Source: Bdellovibrionota bacterium
GTDB taxonomy: Bacteria; Bdellovibrionota; UBA1018; CAIPTA01; JAALKR01
Reading direction: 5' to 3'
DNA length: 64,000 nucleotides
NCBI GenBank assembly: GCA_965207455.1
Contig: CBDBMJ010000001.1
Location: 1,536,001 to 1,600,000, forward strand
How positions within the stretch are numbered: position 1 is the first letter of the stretch; every line of letters begins with the position of its first letter. Position numbers and translations under genes: made by a program. Below are positions 22,495 through 32,636 of this stretch, one piece after another. The notes below the pieces were generated by a model that saw only the letters and a program-made list of their open reading frames with translations, was not told the DNA's origin and did no database searches.

Positions 22495-22521
22495 GTTTCG
22501 GCAAAATATGGAATCACTTTA
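22495..22521 (-). promoter_or_regulatory. Sigma28 (FliA)-like promoter
   Basis: Minus strand reads TAAAGTGA-N11-GCCGAAAC, 55 bp upstream of the ATG at 22440. Confidence 0.6.
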
Positions 22522-22550
22522 ATAGAAAATAAATAAAATGCAAAAAATAG

Positions 22551-22900
22551 GAAAGCAGGTACAGTTATAAAAATCCAGCCTCTGGAAAGCTTGTGCGTTT
22601 CTAAAGAGAATCATTTTTTCCAAAAAACAGGTAAAGAAATGAAAGGCAATATTATTTTATATTTTGTATTATAGGTATATGGGTTTGAAAGTAAAAAAAT
22701 GGATAGCCGATGATTCAGGGCAAGCCATAGTGGAATTTGTTCTACTGAAAGCAGGTACAGTTAGTAAAAATCCAGCCTCTGGAAAGCTTGTGCGTTTCTA
22801 AAGAGAATCATTTTTTCCAAAAAACAGGTAAAGAAATGAAAGGCAATATTATTTTATATTTTGTATTATAGGTATATGGGTTTGAAAGTAAAAAAATGGA
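22551..22900 (+). repeat. Near-perfect 153/154-bp direct repeat (22551..22703 and 22747..22900)
   Basis: The copies differ by one inserted G; each contains the 25-bp hutI end. Confidence 0.93.
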
Positions 22901-23025
22901 AATTTCACAAGAATTATTAAAAAATTTCCATAAAGAACTGGTCTTTGCTGGCAAGACGAATTGCAGCTCCATGCCCGGAAGTAGACGAGTGCGACCCTGG
23001 TGAAGAATTTGATCTAGGCAGATAG
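22679..23025 (+). pseudogene. Disrupted Flp/TadE-like prepilin gene
   Basis: ATG 22679 reads MGLKVKKWIADDSGQAIVEFVLL (G|QA.VEF prepilin motif) and is then interrupted by the repeat; a downstream remnant reads KNWSLLARRIAAPCPEVDEC...*. Confidence 0.55.
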
Positions 23026-23045
23026 CATACCAGATGAATCTATCT

Positions 23046-25042
23046 TTATTTATTCAAACTCTCCCTAGCGCCCTGTAGGGCACGTTCTCTATTTACAATA
23101 CCACCAGATTTTACTTTGCCTTTCAGTTCTGGTTTTTTATCCACGGTCTCCATGATGATTTTGATGATTTCTTCAGGCTTTAGGGCTGGATTGATCACTT
23201 TCATGTGAGCAATAATGTTTGTTACAAAAGGCACTGCCACTGATGTTCCATCCATCAGGTTCCGACTGTTATTTCGAGATGACACGATGATAAGCACCCC
23301 TGGAGCTATCACATCCACTGAGTTCTTTCCAACGTTTGAAAAGTCTGCTAATTCCCCAAAGTAGTCTCCCGCCGTTACAACAATCATATTAGAGTGTTCG
23401 GAAAACTTTTTATCAGATGATGGACTATCAACATCAATACCCTCATTTCCAGCAGCCACAACAAATGTCATATCTTCACAATCTGTCATTGCTTTGCCAA
23501 AACCCTTATTATCAGTAGAATCAAAATTCCAACTAGCATTTGAAAGTTCTGAGCCTTCATTACATGCATGATGGAATGCAGCGTATTCTTCTTCTGACGT
23601 TGAATCGCTATCAAAACGAATAGGAAAGGCTGTAATGCTAGCATCTCCTGCAACAGCGATTCCGGCAACTTCAGTTCCATGAAAATCAACACCGGTTCTA
23701 TAATCAACAATTATGTCATTGGGACGTTTATCGTTATCGACAGTATCCAGTCCAATACCAGTGTACCCTGCCCTTTCCTCTATCTTCTTAGTATCTTCAG
23801 ATAAACTAGCGATTTTAGCAAGGAGTTCGTCTCCATAATTTTGTTTTTCAGCTTCACTCATTTTTTCAAGTTTACTTTCAGCTTGTTGTTTGTTTTCCCT
23901 TAACCGCTCCAGTTGTTTTAATACTTTTCCATTGGGTCGACGGATTCTAAAAGCCAGATTACGATTATTGTAAAAAATCCCACTATCAGCTACTGTAACT
24001 ATAACTTGCTTTATTTTATTTATTTTAGTGAACAATTTAAGCAATTCATTTGAATGAGTACAGTCTCCATAAATTTCCTGTAAGCTCATTATTCGAGGGT
24101 TTGCCTGAACAGTATTTTCAATATCTCCATTTTTGTCTAAATATTGTATTTCTAATAAACGTTTGTGTGAGTCTCGTTCCATGATTTGAGCATGTTTGAA
24201 ATTGCAATTGTTGTCAAACCAAGATGTATTTTCACGATCATTTTCGATCCTCCATACAGCTCTACTTCCATTATTAATCCCAATATTGCTTTCTATTTTT
24301 TCTCCTTTATTATTATAGTAATTTGTAATTTCTAATCGAGTAGGATAAGGAAAATTAATTCTTACAACCCTCAAATGAGCGCCGTTGCCATAATTATAAT
24401 AAAACATACTCACATTCTCAATAGATCTACCAGTCAAACGCTTAGCTAATTTTTTTATTTCGCTTCTTTTTTTTCCCCTACTATAAACAGCATGCCTGCG
24501 AGCATTAAATTTGGCAGCGTTAACTCCGTGGATAGTATCTTCAGACATATTAAATAAAATTTCCTCATGATCACAAAGCATCTTTCTGCCTGCTTTCTGG
24601 AGGCTAAACCACTTACCAAGTCTTAATTTAAGTTTTTTATCGAGATAAGCTTTCTTTTTTGTTAAATATTCTTGTATCTCTGGCTCATTATTTGGATTTT
24701 TGGATAGGACAGTAATCCATTCTTCTATAGGTTCGTTTATGGAAAGCTTAAGAAAAAATTTTTCATCAGAATACTCTCCCCAATAATTCATTCTTTCATT
24801 GAGAGTTATATAATTGATATCTTTAATGCCTTGTGTTTTTTCCAAGGCTTTTTTTAATCTTTCTTTTTATTATTCGTTTTGTTTTCAAGAATTTGTTTTA
24901 CTTCTTTATAAAGTTCATGATCTTCTGGATAAAAATATTTGTTCGTTTCTCCATTAGACATCTGATATATTTTTGCATAAGAAGTAAATGACTCTTGAAA
25001 AATCAAAAGACAAAATAAAAAAATGAGTCCTGTTTTAATCAT
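23046..25042 (-). pseudogene. Secreted S8 (subtilisin-like) serine protease, split by a frameshift near 24865
   Basis: Triad motifs ADSGI, HGTEVAG, AAGN and GTSVAVP lie in 23046..24845; the signal peptide lies in 24854..25042; adding one A to an A5 run fuses the two ORFs. Confidence 0.8.
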
Positions 25043-25053
25043 TGCCAGCCTTT

Positions 25054-25783
25054 TTAGGGAGAAAGGGCAGTTATTTCATTTTTTGCGTATGAAATTTGTT
25101 TATGCCAAGATCTGGGGGCAACAGATTCGGCTCTTTTTATAAATGCTTTATAATTCTTGGTTGCCGCTATCGTATTGCTTAAGGATTTATAACATTGTGC
25201 TATTGGAATATGAGCTAGAAAAGCTCGCTTATTTATTTTTAAAACTTGCTTATATTTTTTTATAGCTTCTTTACAATCGCCACGTTTCTTGTAAATTTCT
25301 CCAGCGGCAAAATAGGCAGATTCATTCTTTGAATCCAATTTTATGGCTTTATTGAAATAGGCTAAAGCAATGTGATCAGATTTTTTTTTCATCAAGAGCC
25401 AAAACTCCAAGATTGAATAAGGCTGTTGTGTTTGTGGGCTCTGCCTTAAAAATTTTTTGGTATAGTTTTTTAGCCTTTGCGTATTGTTTTGTTTTATGAA
25501 AAGAATGGGCTAGCACTCGCATGGCTGTAATTGATTTGGGAGCCAAGGATAATGCATCTTTTGAATATTGTATGGCTTTTTTGTATTGGTTTCTTTGTGA
25601 AAAAATACCACTAAGTTTTAGCAAAGCATGAAGGTCTTTGGGATTTTTCTTCAACCGGCCCTGGTGTTTTTCAATGAGCACATCTTGATAGGACTTTATA
25701 TTTAATGGCTTTTCAGCAGCCTGACTGGGTATTTCCATTAGTACGAGAAGGAGTAGAGCGAGTAATGTGCGGGTATGATTCAA
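25054..25783 (-). pseudogene. Secreted TPR-repeat protein, split by a frameshift in an A9 run (25381..25389)
   Basis: Two overlapping TPR ORFs (25376..25783 and 25054..25410); removing one A gives continuous ...ALDEKKSDHIALAYF. Confidence 0.8.
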
Positions 25784-25872
25784 ATCAGAACTCCTCTGTG
25801 CGCTAAGTTGCTTCCATTCATGTAAAACTCTATCAAACTATATTATATCCACACTCTCGCATATGAAGCAAT

Positions 25873-26502
25873 TTACTTATCTATTTTCAATATGCTCTCT
25901 TCCACAATTTTTCGTAGTTCTTGGAGTTGGCTTTGGTGGAGGGGGGATGGGGTGGTGTTTCTACCTGTTTCAGGTAACAAATCCATGGGCGGTTTGGGTT
26001 CTGCTTCTTGTTTGGGCTTCGTGATGTCCTTCCGTAAGCGCAAGCGGTACTTCTTATCATAATAGCCATCATTAAATTTCTTACAGCAAGTATAGCAAGC
26101 CATGTTTTTTAACTTTCTACGAGCAGGAAGCAGTTCCTTGCAGTGGATGCATTCATAATAGTGGCGTATGGGTCGCACCTGGGGTACGGGGTTATAGCGA
26201 GGAGCCTGTGTTTCTCGCATTTTTTTATGAAACTCAGGTGTGTGGCCGTAGGGACGGTGCCGGTGCCATAACCAAAAATGAATCATTTCGTGGAGAACGG
26301 TGCCACGAATATGGGTCTCCCCGTCCGTTAGGCTTTGGAGGTAGGAGGCCACTTCGATGGTCGCTCGCTCTCCTTGGCGTGTGCCCGGAGTGAAACGCCC
26401 CGAGGTGGCCCTCAGTCGTGAGTTCCATGTCAATATGGGCAGGGGTAGTGAAGACTCAAAGTGCTTCGCATTGAGTGCTTGGAATATATTTTCCAATTGC
26501 AT
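25873..26502 (-). CDS. SprT-like zinc metalloprotease
   Basis: LN...F...LP, WN.RLR...G, HEMIH, GH..EF, C-terminal CxxC pairs. Confidence 0.9.
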   Translation of the reverse strand: MQLENIFQALNAKHFESSLPLPILTWNSRLRATSGRFTPGTRQGERATIEVASYLQSLTDGETHIRGTVLHEMIHFWLWHRHRPYGHTPEFHKKMRETQAPRYNPVPQVRPIRHYYECIHCKELLPARRKLKNMACYTCCKKFNDGYYDKKYRLRLRKDITKPKQEAEPKPPMDLLPETGRNTTPSPLHQSQLQELRKIVEESILKIDK

Positions 26503-27642
26503 TTACGATCGCTCGTTAATGGGTACCCATTTTTTATCGCTTTCACCAATATAGAAAGTACGGGGACGGATTAAGCGATTATTTTTTCTTTGCTCCATAA
26601 TATGGGCTAACCAGCCAGAAGATCTTGCTAAAGCAAACACAGGAGTAAAGAGATCCGTGGGTATGCCCAAGCAGTGGTAGAGGCTTGCGGAATAAAAATC
26701 AACGTTGGGCATAAGTCCTTTTTGATTTTCCAGAATGTCGTTGATCTTCACACTCATTTCATAGAGGTGGGATTTGTCCACTTCTTGGCAAACCTCTTTG
26801 GACATGGACTTGAGTATAGCTGCCCTTGGGTCGCCATTTTTATACACCCGATGACCAAAGCCCATAATCTTTTCTTTTTTCTCCAAAGCCGTTTGTAACC
26901 AGTTTTCCACATTATCGGTGGATCCAATACGGTCGAGCATACGCATAACCTGCTCGTTGGCTCCGCCATGAAGCGGTCCCATGAGTGTGCCTATAGCCGA
27001 GGTCATGGAAGAATACACGTCCGACTGTGTGGCAGTGGTCACCCTAGCGCTAAAGGTGGAAGCATTCATTTCATGGTCCGCGTGAAGGATAAGTGCCGTG
27101 TCGAAAATACTCTCAAAGTTTTTATCCGTGGCTTTGCCATTAAGAAGGGTGAAAAAATTGCTGGCTATGGTTTTGCTGGGGTCCGGCTGCACTAAGTCCC
27201 AGTCGTTTCGGATCCGGTGCCAAGCTGCGATGAGGGAGGGTATTTTTGCCGTGATACGAATGGCCTGGCGAACAAGCGCCTCAGGACTATTGTCGCCCCG
27301 ATCCGGATCCCACATGGATAGCAAAGACACGGAACTGCGCAGCGCCTCCATCGGCATTGTGGTCTTCGGAAAGCTCCGAATAATTTTGACCAACGGTGAG
27401 GGAAGCTCCATGCTGCTCGAAAGGCTATGACACCAATTCTTATATTCCTCTTGGTTGGGCAATTTTCCATGCCACAAAAGGTAGGCCACCTCTTCAAAAC
27501 GGGAATTTGCAGCCAGATCCTCAATGGTATAGCCCCGGTAGGTGAGAGTGGTATCCATAATGGCACTAACGCGACTGGTGAACGCAATAACGCCCTCCAA
27601 CCCCTTATCCGCAGTTTCTGGAATGTTCAAATTCTCCCCCAT
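26503..27642 (-). CDS. Citrate synthase (short citrate/2-methylcitrate synthase type)
   Basis: GLEGV, DHE.NASTF, GPLHGGAN, GFGHRVYK.GDPR, PNVDFYS. Confidence 0.95.
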   Translation of the reverse strand: MGENLNIPETADKGLEGVIAFTSRVSAIMDTTLTYRGYTIEDLAANSRFEEVAYLLWHGKLPNQEEYKNWCHSLSSSMELPSPLVKIIRSFPKTTMPMEALRSSVSLLSMWDPDRGDNSPEALVRQAIRITAKIPSLIAAWHRIRNDWDLVQPDPSKTIASNFFTLLNGKATDKNFESIFDTALILHADHEMNASTFSARVTTATQSDVYSSMTSAIGTLMGPLHGGANEQVMRMLDRIGSTDNVENWLQTALEKKEKIMGFGHRVYKNGDPRAAILKSMSKEVCQEVDKSHLYEMSVKINDILENQKGLMPNVDFYSASLYHCLGIPTDLFTPVFALARSSGWLAHIMEQRKNNRLIRPRTFYIGESDKKWVPINERS

Positions 27643-27713
27643 AGAAACCTAACTATAGAGGAAAGTATGAATAGAATCAAGAAAGATTTGATAGTATAAA
27701 GTTCTAGTAAACC

Positions 27714-27971
27714 ATGGACGACAAAAAAATACAGCACAAGATAGAGCAACGCCTAAGAGAAGCCTTGGATCCCACCGAACTGATGGTCCAAGATCAATCC
27801 CATCTCCATAAAGGACATGGGGCTACGGGTGGGCACTTTCATGCACAGATCACCTCCCCTCGTTTTGAGGGGCTTTCCCCGCTAGAGTGTCAGCGCCTTG
27901 TATATTCCGCTCTGGGGGATCTGATGGGGGCAGAAATACACGCATTTTCCATGAAATGTAAAGCTTCTTAA
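27714..27971 (+). CDS. bolA: BolA family protein
   Basis: D.SHLH.GH, HF...I.S..FEG, QRLVY.AL, IHA. Confidence 0.9.
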   Translation: MDDKKIQHKIEQRLREALDPTELMVQDQSHLHKGHGATGGHFHAQITSPRFEGLSPLECQRLVYSALGDLMGAEIHAFSMKCKAS

Positions 27972-27995
27972 AATATTGTTGCTATCGACCGATAA
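27969..27995 (+). promoter_or_regulatory. Sigma28 (FliA)-like promoter upstream of fusA
   Basis: TAAAATAT-N11-ACCGATAA. Confidence 0.5.
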
Positions 27996-28047
27996 GTTAT
28001 ATATTGAAAGGAAGTTAAGGATTTAATATTATATATAAGAGGTAATT

Positions 28048-30153
28048 ATGGCTGAATTAGACATTAAAAAACTACGCAATATTGGAATTTCTGCTCATAT
28101 TGATTCGGGGAAGACTACTTTCACGGAGCGTGTGCTTTTCTATACGGGAAGGATTCATGCCATTCATGAGGTTCGGGGTAAGGACGGTGTGGGCGCCAAG
28201 ATGGACTCCATGGACCTGGAGCGGGAAAAGGGAATTACGATTCAGTCCGCAGCTACTTTTTGTAACTGGAAAGACTACAGCATCAACATTATCGATACTC
28301 CCGGACACGTGGATTTTACCGTGGAAGTGGAGCGTGCCCTTCGCGTTCTGGATGGGGCTATTTTGATTCTTTGTGGAGTGTCTGGGGTGCAATCTCAGTC
28401 CATCACGGTGGATCGTCAAATGAAACGCTATAATGTCCCCCGGCTTGCTTTTATAAATAAATTGGACAGAGCGGGGGCAAACCCTATTCGAGTGATGGAG
28501 CAGCTCAGGGATAAGTTAAATCTTAATGCGGCAGTGGCTCAGATTCCCATTGGTTTGGAAGAGAATCATGTGGGAGTGGTTGACCTAATAAAAAGGCGAG
28601 CTTTTTATTTCACGGGTTCCAACGGGGAAAAAGTCGAAGAGACGGATGTTCCAGAGGAGATGAAAAGTTTAACTGAGGAGAAACGCCAACTATATATTGA
28701 AAGACTAGCGGATGCCGATGATAAGTTGGGTGAAAAGTTTATTATGGAGGAGGAGATTACTGATGAGGATATCGCTCAGGCCACTCGTCGAGCAGTGATT
28801 GCCCTAAAATTTTGTCCCGTCTTTATGGGTTCTGCTTTTAAAAACCGGGGAGTGCAGTTAGCCCTGAATGCGGTTTGTGAATATTTACCTAACCCCACTG
28901 AGGTGGAAAATAAGGCTCTCGATCAGGATGCCGACGAGAAAGAAGTGGAAGTGCTCAGTGATTTCAGCCTTCCTCTTGTGGCACTTGCCTTTAAGCTGGA
29001 AGAGAGTCGCTATGGACAAATTACTTATATGCGCGTCTATCAAGGAAGGATGAAAAAGGGTGATGTGATTTTTAATATCTCTGCTGGAGGAAAGAAGGTT
29101 AAGATTCCTCGCTTAGTACGAATGCACTCCAACGAGTTGGTGGACTTGGATGAGGGTGTGGCAGGCGATATTGTTGCCATGTTTGGCGTGGACTGTGCCT
29201 CTGGAGATACATTTACCGACGGTCGACTGAAATACACCATGACTTCCATGTTTGTTCCTGAAGCAGTTATCAGCCTAGCAGTTTCCCCTGCCGAAAAAAA
29301 TGAACAGGCCAATTTCTCCAAAGCCTTAAACCGCTTTACCCGGGAAGACCCCACCCTTCGTGTGCGAAGGGATGAAGAGTCTGGAGAAACTATTTTAAGT
29401 GGAATGGGAGAGCTACACTTGGAAATTTATATTGAGCGGATGTCTCGTGAGTATAAGTGTAAGGTAAATACGGGTAAGCCTCAGGTGGCCTATCGGGAGA
29501 CGATCACAGTCCCCTCCGGCTATAACTATACCCACAAAAAACAATCGGGTGGTGCAGGGCAATTTGCCCGTGTGGCAGGAAGAATGGAGCCACTACCGTT
29601 TGATGGAGTGCCATACGAGTTTGCCAATAAAATCGTGGGTGGTGTGATTCCCAAAGAGTATATCCCTTCTTGCGACAAAGGTTTCCGAGAGCAACTCTTA
29701 AAAGGTGGACTCATCGGTGCGCCAGTGATTGGAGTAAGAATGGTATTGAACGATGGCCAAACCCACGACGTGGACTCCTCAGAACTAGCCTTTAAGATTG
29801 CTTCCCAAGCGGCTGTGCGAGAAGTCTATCCCAAATGTTCACCAGCTATTCTCGAACCCATGATGAAACTAGAGGTTCAAGCTCCTGAGGAGTTCCAAGG
29901 AACGGTGATGGGACAAGTGAACCAACGTCGGGGAATTATTCAAAATTCCACTACAAACATGGGCTACGTTACGGTGGAAGCCCTAACTCCCCTGTCTGAA
30001 ATGTTTGGCTACTCAACAGATCTTCGCTCCGCTACTCAGGGAAAAGGTGAGTTCACCATGGAATTTTCCAAGTACCAGCCAGTGCCAAAAGCCATCCAAG
30101 GGGAAATGGTTAAGAAATACCAGGAGAAGCGAGAAAAGGAATCCAAAGGCTAA
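28048..30153 (+). CDS. fusA: Elongation factor G (spd/mtEFG1-like type)
   Basis: [39 protein letters not shown]; not within an rpsL-rpsG-fusA-tuf operon. Confidence 0.97.
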   Translation: MAELDIKKLRNIGISAHIDSGKTTFTERVLFYTGRIHAIHEVRGKDGVGAKMDSMDLEREKGITIQSAATFCNWKDYSINIIDTPGHVDFTVEVERALRVLDGAILILCGVSGVQSQSITVDRQMKRYNVPRLAFINKLDRAGANPIRVMEQLRDKLNLNAAVAQIPIGLEENHVGVVDLIKRRAFYFTGSNGEKVEETDVPEEMKSLTEEKRQLYIERLADADDKLGEKFIMEEEITDEDIAQATRRAVIALKFCPVFMGSAFKNRGVQLALNAVCEYLPNPTEVENKALDQDADEKEVEVLSDFSLPLVALAFKLEESRYGQITYMRVYQGRMKKGDVIFNISAGGKKVKIPRLVRMHSNELVDLDEGVAGDIVAMFGVDCASGDTFTDGRLKYTMTSMFVPEAVISLAVSPAEKNEQANFSKALNRFTREDPTLRVRRDEESGETILSGMGELHLEIYIERMSREYKCKVNTGKPQVAYRETITVPSGYNYTHKKQSGGAGQFARVAGRMEPLPFDGVPYEFANKIVGGVIPKEYIPSCDKGFREQLLKGGLIGAPVIGVRMVLNDGQTHDVDSSELAFKIASQAAVREVYPKCSPAILEPMMKLEVQAPEEFQGTVMGQVNQRRGIIQNSTTNMGYVTVEALTPLSEMFGYSTDLRSATQGKGEFTMEFSKYQPVPKAIQGEMVKKYQEKREKESKG

Positions 30154-30154
30154 G

Positions 30155-31372
30155 CTACTGCAACAAATCGCTCTTAATTACACAAACACTTGCCTCTTCC
30201 GTACCCTTGCTATAGGAAGCTCTATTTCCTGCCGTTGGTATCATTCTTGTACTATCCGAATTTGGAGGTTCGGGAAGAACGTTACAAGCTATAGTTTCAC
30301 ATGCAACTCCAACGGACTCGTAGAGTACAAATTCCTTGCTAAAATCTTCCTTTTCTAAGCGAATATCTTCGAGAGAATCAACCTCCATTGGCTCGGATTT
30401 CTCTAATTTCTCTTTACTAGCGTCATCACCATCTGATTTTATACTCTCAATACTTTCTTTAAAATACGCTCTTTTTTCCATACCAGGTGGGCAAACTTTC
30501 GTGCCGTCACTTTCAAGTGTGTATGGACGAGAAGCATAGCCCTGAGTTTCACCTCCACCTATCTGTCCGGGAGCAGCGTTTAATTTTACTCGAGTGGTGA
30601 ATATCTCACTTCTTTGACCACCATAGAGACCAAACTCAGGTGTAGTGACTCGTCCGCAGCTAACTTTTTTTCTTATATCATTAGATCTACAAACTGGTGT
30701 TCTGTATAGTATATCTGGTCTCCAAAAATCTATGTTTCCACCCAAATCTTCAAGCGTATTAAATAAATAATAAGAAAACCTAGCTTGTAAAAAAAATAAA
30801 TTACCATTTGGCTTGCATATATTAGGAGGTGTGCCATCTGCAGCATCGTTGTAAAGATAGTTTAAGGAACATTCATATCGATAGATTTTTCTTAGGCGTA
30901 TTACCGGCGCATTGCCCAGAACTTGCTCCAAACTAAGACTCTTGTCGCCAGCGGGAATTTTAATAATCGGCACTCTATCGGTAGTTAAGCGTTCAAAAAC
31001 ATCTTTTATTCGCACATCAGTGTTAGTGCCTCTTCTTAATGGGCAATGGATAATATTTCCATCTTTGTAGTATTTCACCGTCTCGCTCACAGCTGATGGT
31101 TCTTCGTCCCTTTCATCTGCAAAAAGTTCGCAACGACAGATAGAGTTCCCAGACCCACAGATACTTAAAAACAGGGAAGAACTCCTGGCTGTGGCTCTTA
31201 AGAGAATCTCCTCTTCCCTTTCCAGCGCGTAGCTTAGCTGAAATTCCCCACCGCTGCTTGGTGAATCGATATCAGTTAGATCTGGATTCCCCAGTTGCTT
31301 AACTTTTGTACTACAGCCTGCCCCACAGAAAAGAAAAGCACTACACACAAGAATGGAAACAGGTCTATACAT
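30155..31372 (-). CDS. Cys-rich lipoprotein, paralogue B
   Basis: Start at ATG 31372 in a TGATG overlap with the upstream gene; lipobox-like GAGC; 12 further Cys. Confidence 0.75.
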   Translation of the reverse strand: MYRPVSILVCSAFLFCGAGCSTKVKQLGNPDLTDIDSPSSGGEFQLSYALEREEEILLRATARSSSLFLSICGSGNSICRCELFADERDEEPSAVSETVKYYKDGNIIHCPLRRGTNTDVRIKDVFERLTTDRVPIIKIPAGDKSLSLEQVLGNAPVIRLRKIYRYECSLNYLYNDAADGTPPNICKPNGNLFFLQARFSYYLFNTLEDLGGNIDFWRPDILYRTPVCRSNDIRKKVSCGRVTTPEFGLYGGQRSEIFTTRVKLNAAPGQIGGGETQGYASRPYTLESDGTKVCPPGMEKRAYFKESIESIKSDGDDASKEKLEKSEPMEVDSLEDIRLEKEDFSKEFVLYESVGVACETIACNVLPEPPNSDSTRMIPTAGNRASYSKGTEEASVCVIKSDLLQ

Positions 31373-32586
31373 CAAGGGATTAAGTCCTTTGGGATCACAC
31401 AAAAGGGCGAAGATTCGGAAACGTAGGGTATTTCAGTTTCATCGGGGTTGGGATAAGCAGCATCTCTGCAGGTTGAGCCATCCGTTTCATTGAGGCAAAT
31501 AAGTTGTTCAAGTGAAATGGGAAGAGTAGCTTTAGGATCGCTCTCCAGTTCTATCCTTGTGCTATTTTTATTGCCACTTGAGTTAATGAAAATACTCTTT
31601 TCTTTCGTGTAGGAGCTGGGAATGGCAAGTATTCGTTGGGCTTTTACCAGCCCGGGCGGGCAGGCAGAGTCGTTAGCTATGGAAACAGCATAAGCAGAAA
31701 ATTCCCTTCCACCTGAGTTTTCTTGGAAGTTTATTTGGTAAGTAAACTTTGTGTCTATATTTCCTTGAGGGTTTGCTGGATCGGGCACAACCCTTTCAGC
31801 TAAAAGACCAAAGAGAAGAGTTTTGCTACCATTGCAGGTAGTGCGCTTAACAATTACTCCATCTGAATTACTAGAATTTCTGCAAAGAGGATCATAATCT
31901 TCAGACTCTCCTTGATCTTCAAAATTATTAGTTCCATCCTCATTCAATTGTTCCCAAAGATTATAGAAGTAATCCAGCCTTATGGCACTCACAAGTGTTT
32001 CTTCACTACAAGTAATACTAGAGCTATCTCCAGAACCGGTAAGCCCAGAAGAAACTAAATAAAAGTTAGTACATGAGTATTCATAGATTTTCACTATATT
32101 GGTTTGGGGAATATCTTCTAAAACATCGGAAAGAGATGTTTCCTCTTGCATTCGAATAAGGCTGGATTTTCTTGTTCCACTCGTAGTTTGTATTTGTATA
32201 AAATCCATTGACCTCAATTCAGATTCTGCGTCATTAAGAGTACAGGTGAGAAAGTTACTTGAAGAATTATAGGATATGTTCTTTGTTATGCTGGGCTGAC
32301 CTGGGCTGGACTCTTTATAAAAAGCACAAACGCAGCCACTGCCGCTTGCGCCGCAGTTATTGCTATAACGAGCGGCACTGGAGCGATCCGTTCCTTGAAC
32401 ACGGACTGTAAGGATACGGTCGATTTGTTCCTTTAATGCAAATCGTATAAAAAAGGAGTTAGTCCCTGTGCTGGGACTTTCTCCACCTAGATCCACTGCT
32501 CCCAATCTTTTAGGTTCGGTGGCAGAACAGGACCAAGTGATGGAAATTATTATAACGAGGGATATGGTGTAGAATATGTGTCGCAA
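31372..32586 (-). CDS. Cys-rich lipoprotein, paralogue A
   Basis: AAAGGAG RBS, hydrophobic leader ending in WSC, 12 further Cys; shares motifs with the neighbour. Confidence 0.75.
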   Translation of the reverse strand: MRHIFYTISLVIIISITWSCSATEPKRLGAVDLGGESPSTGTNSFFIRFALKEQIDRILTVRVQGTDRSSAARYSNNCGASGSGCVCAFYKESSPGQPSITKNISYNSSSNFLTCTLNDAESELRSMDFIQIQTTSGTRKSSLIRMQEETSLSDVLEDIPQTNIVKIYEYSCTNFYLVSSGLTGSGDSSSITCSEETLVSAIRLDYFYNLWEQLNEDGTNNFEDQGESEDYDPLCRNSSNSDGVIVKRTTCNGSKTLLFGLLAERVVPDPANPQGNIDTKFTYQINFQENSGGREFSAYAVSIANDSACPPGLVKAQRILAIPSSYTKEKSIFINSSGNKNSTRIELESDPKATLPISLEQLICLNETDGSTCRDAAYPNPDETEIPYVSESSPFCVIPKDLIP

Positions 32587-32636
32587 AAAAACTCCTTTGT
32601 TTAACTATAGCAAAAGAACAAATATTTCACCATTTT

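Noticed and set aside
22551..22900. Possible CRISPR array or integron attC array
   Set aside because: Only two long copies, no regular repeat-spacer period, no cas or intI gene and no attC-type inverted core sites.
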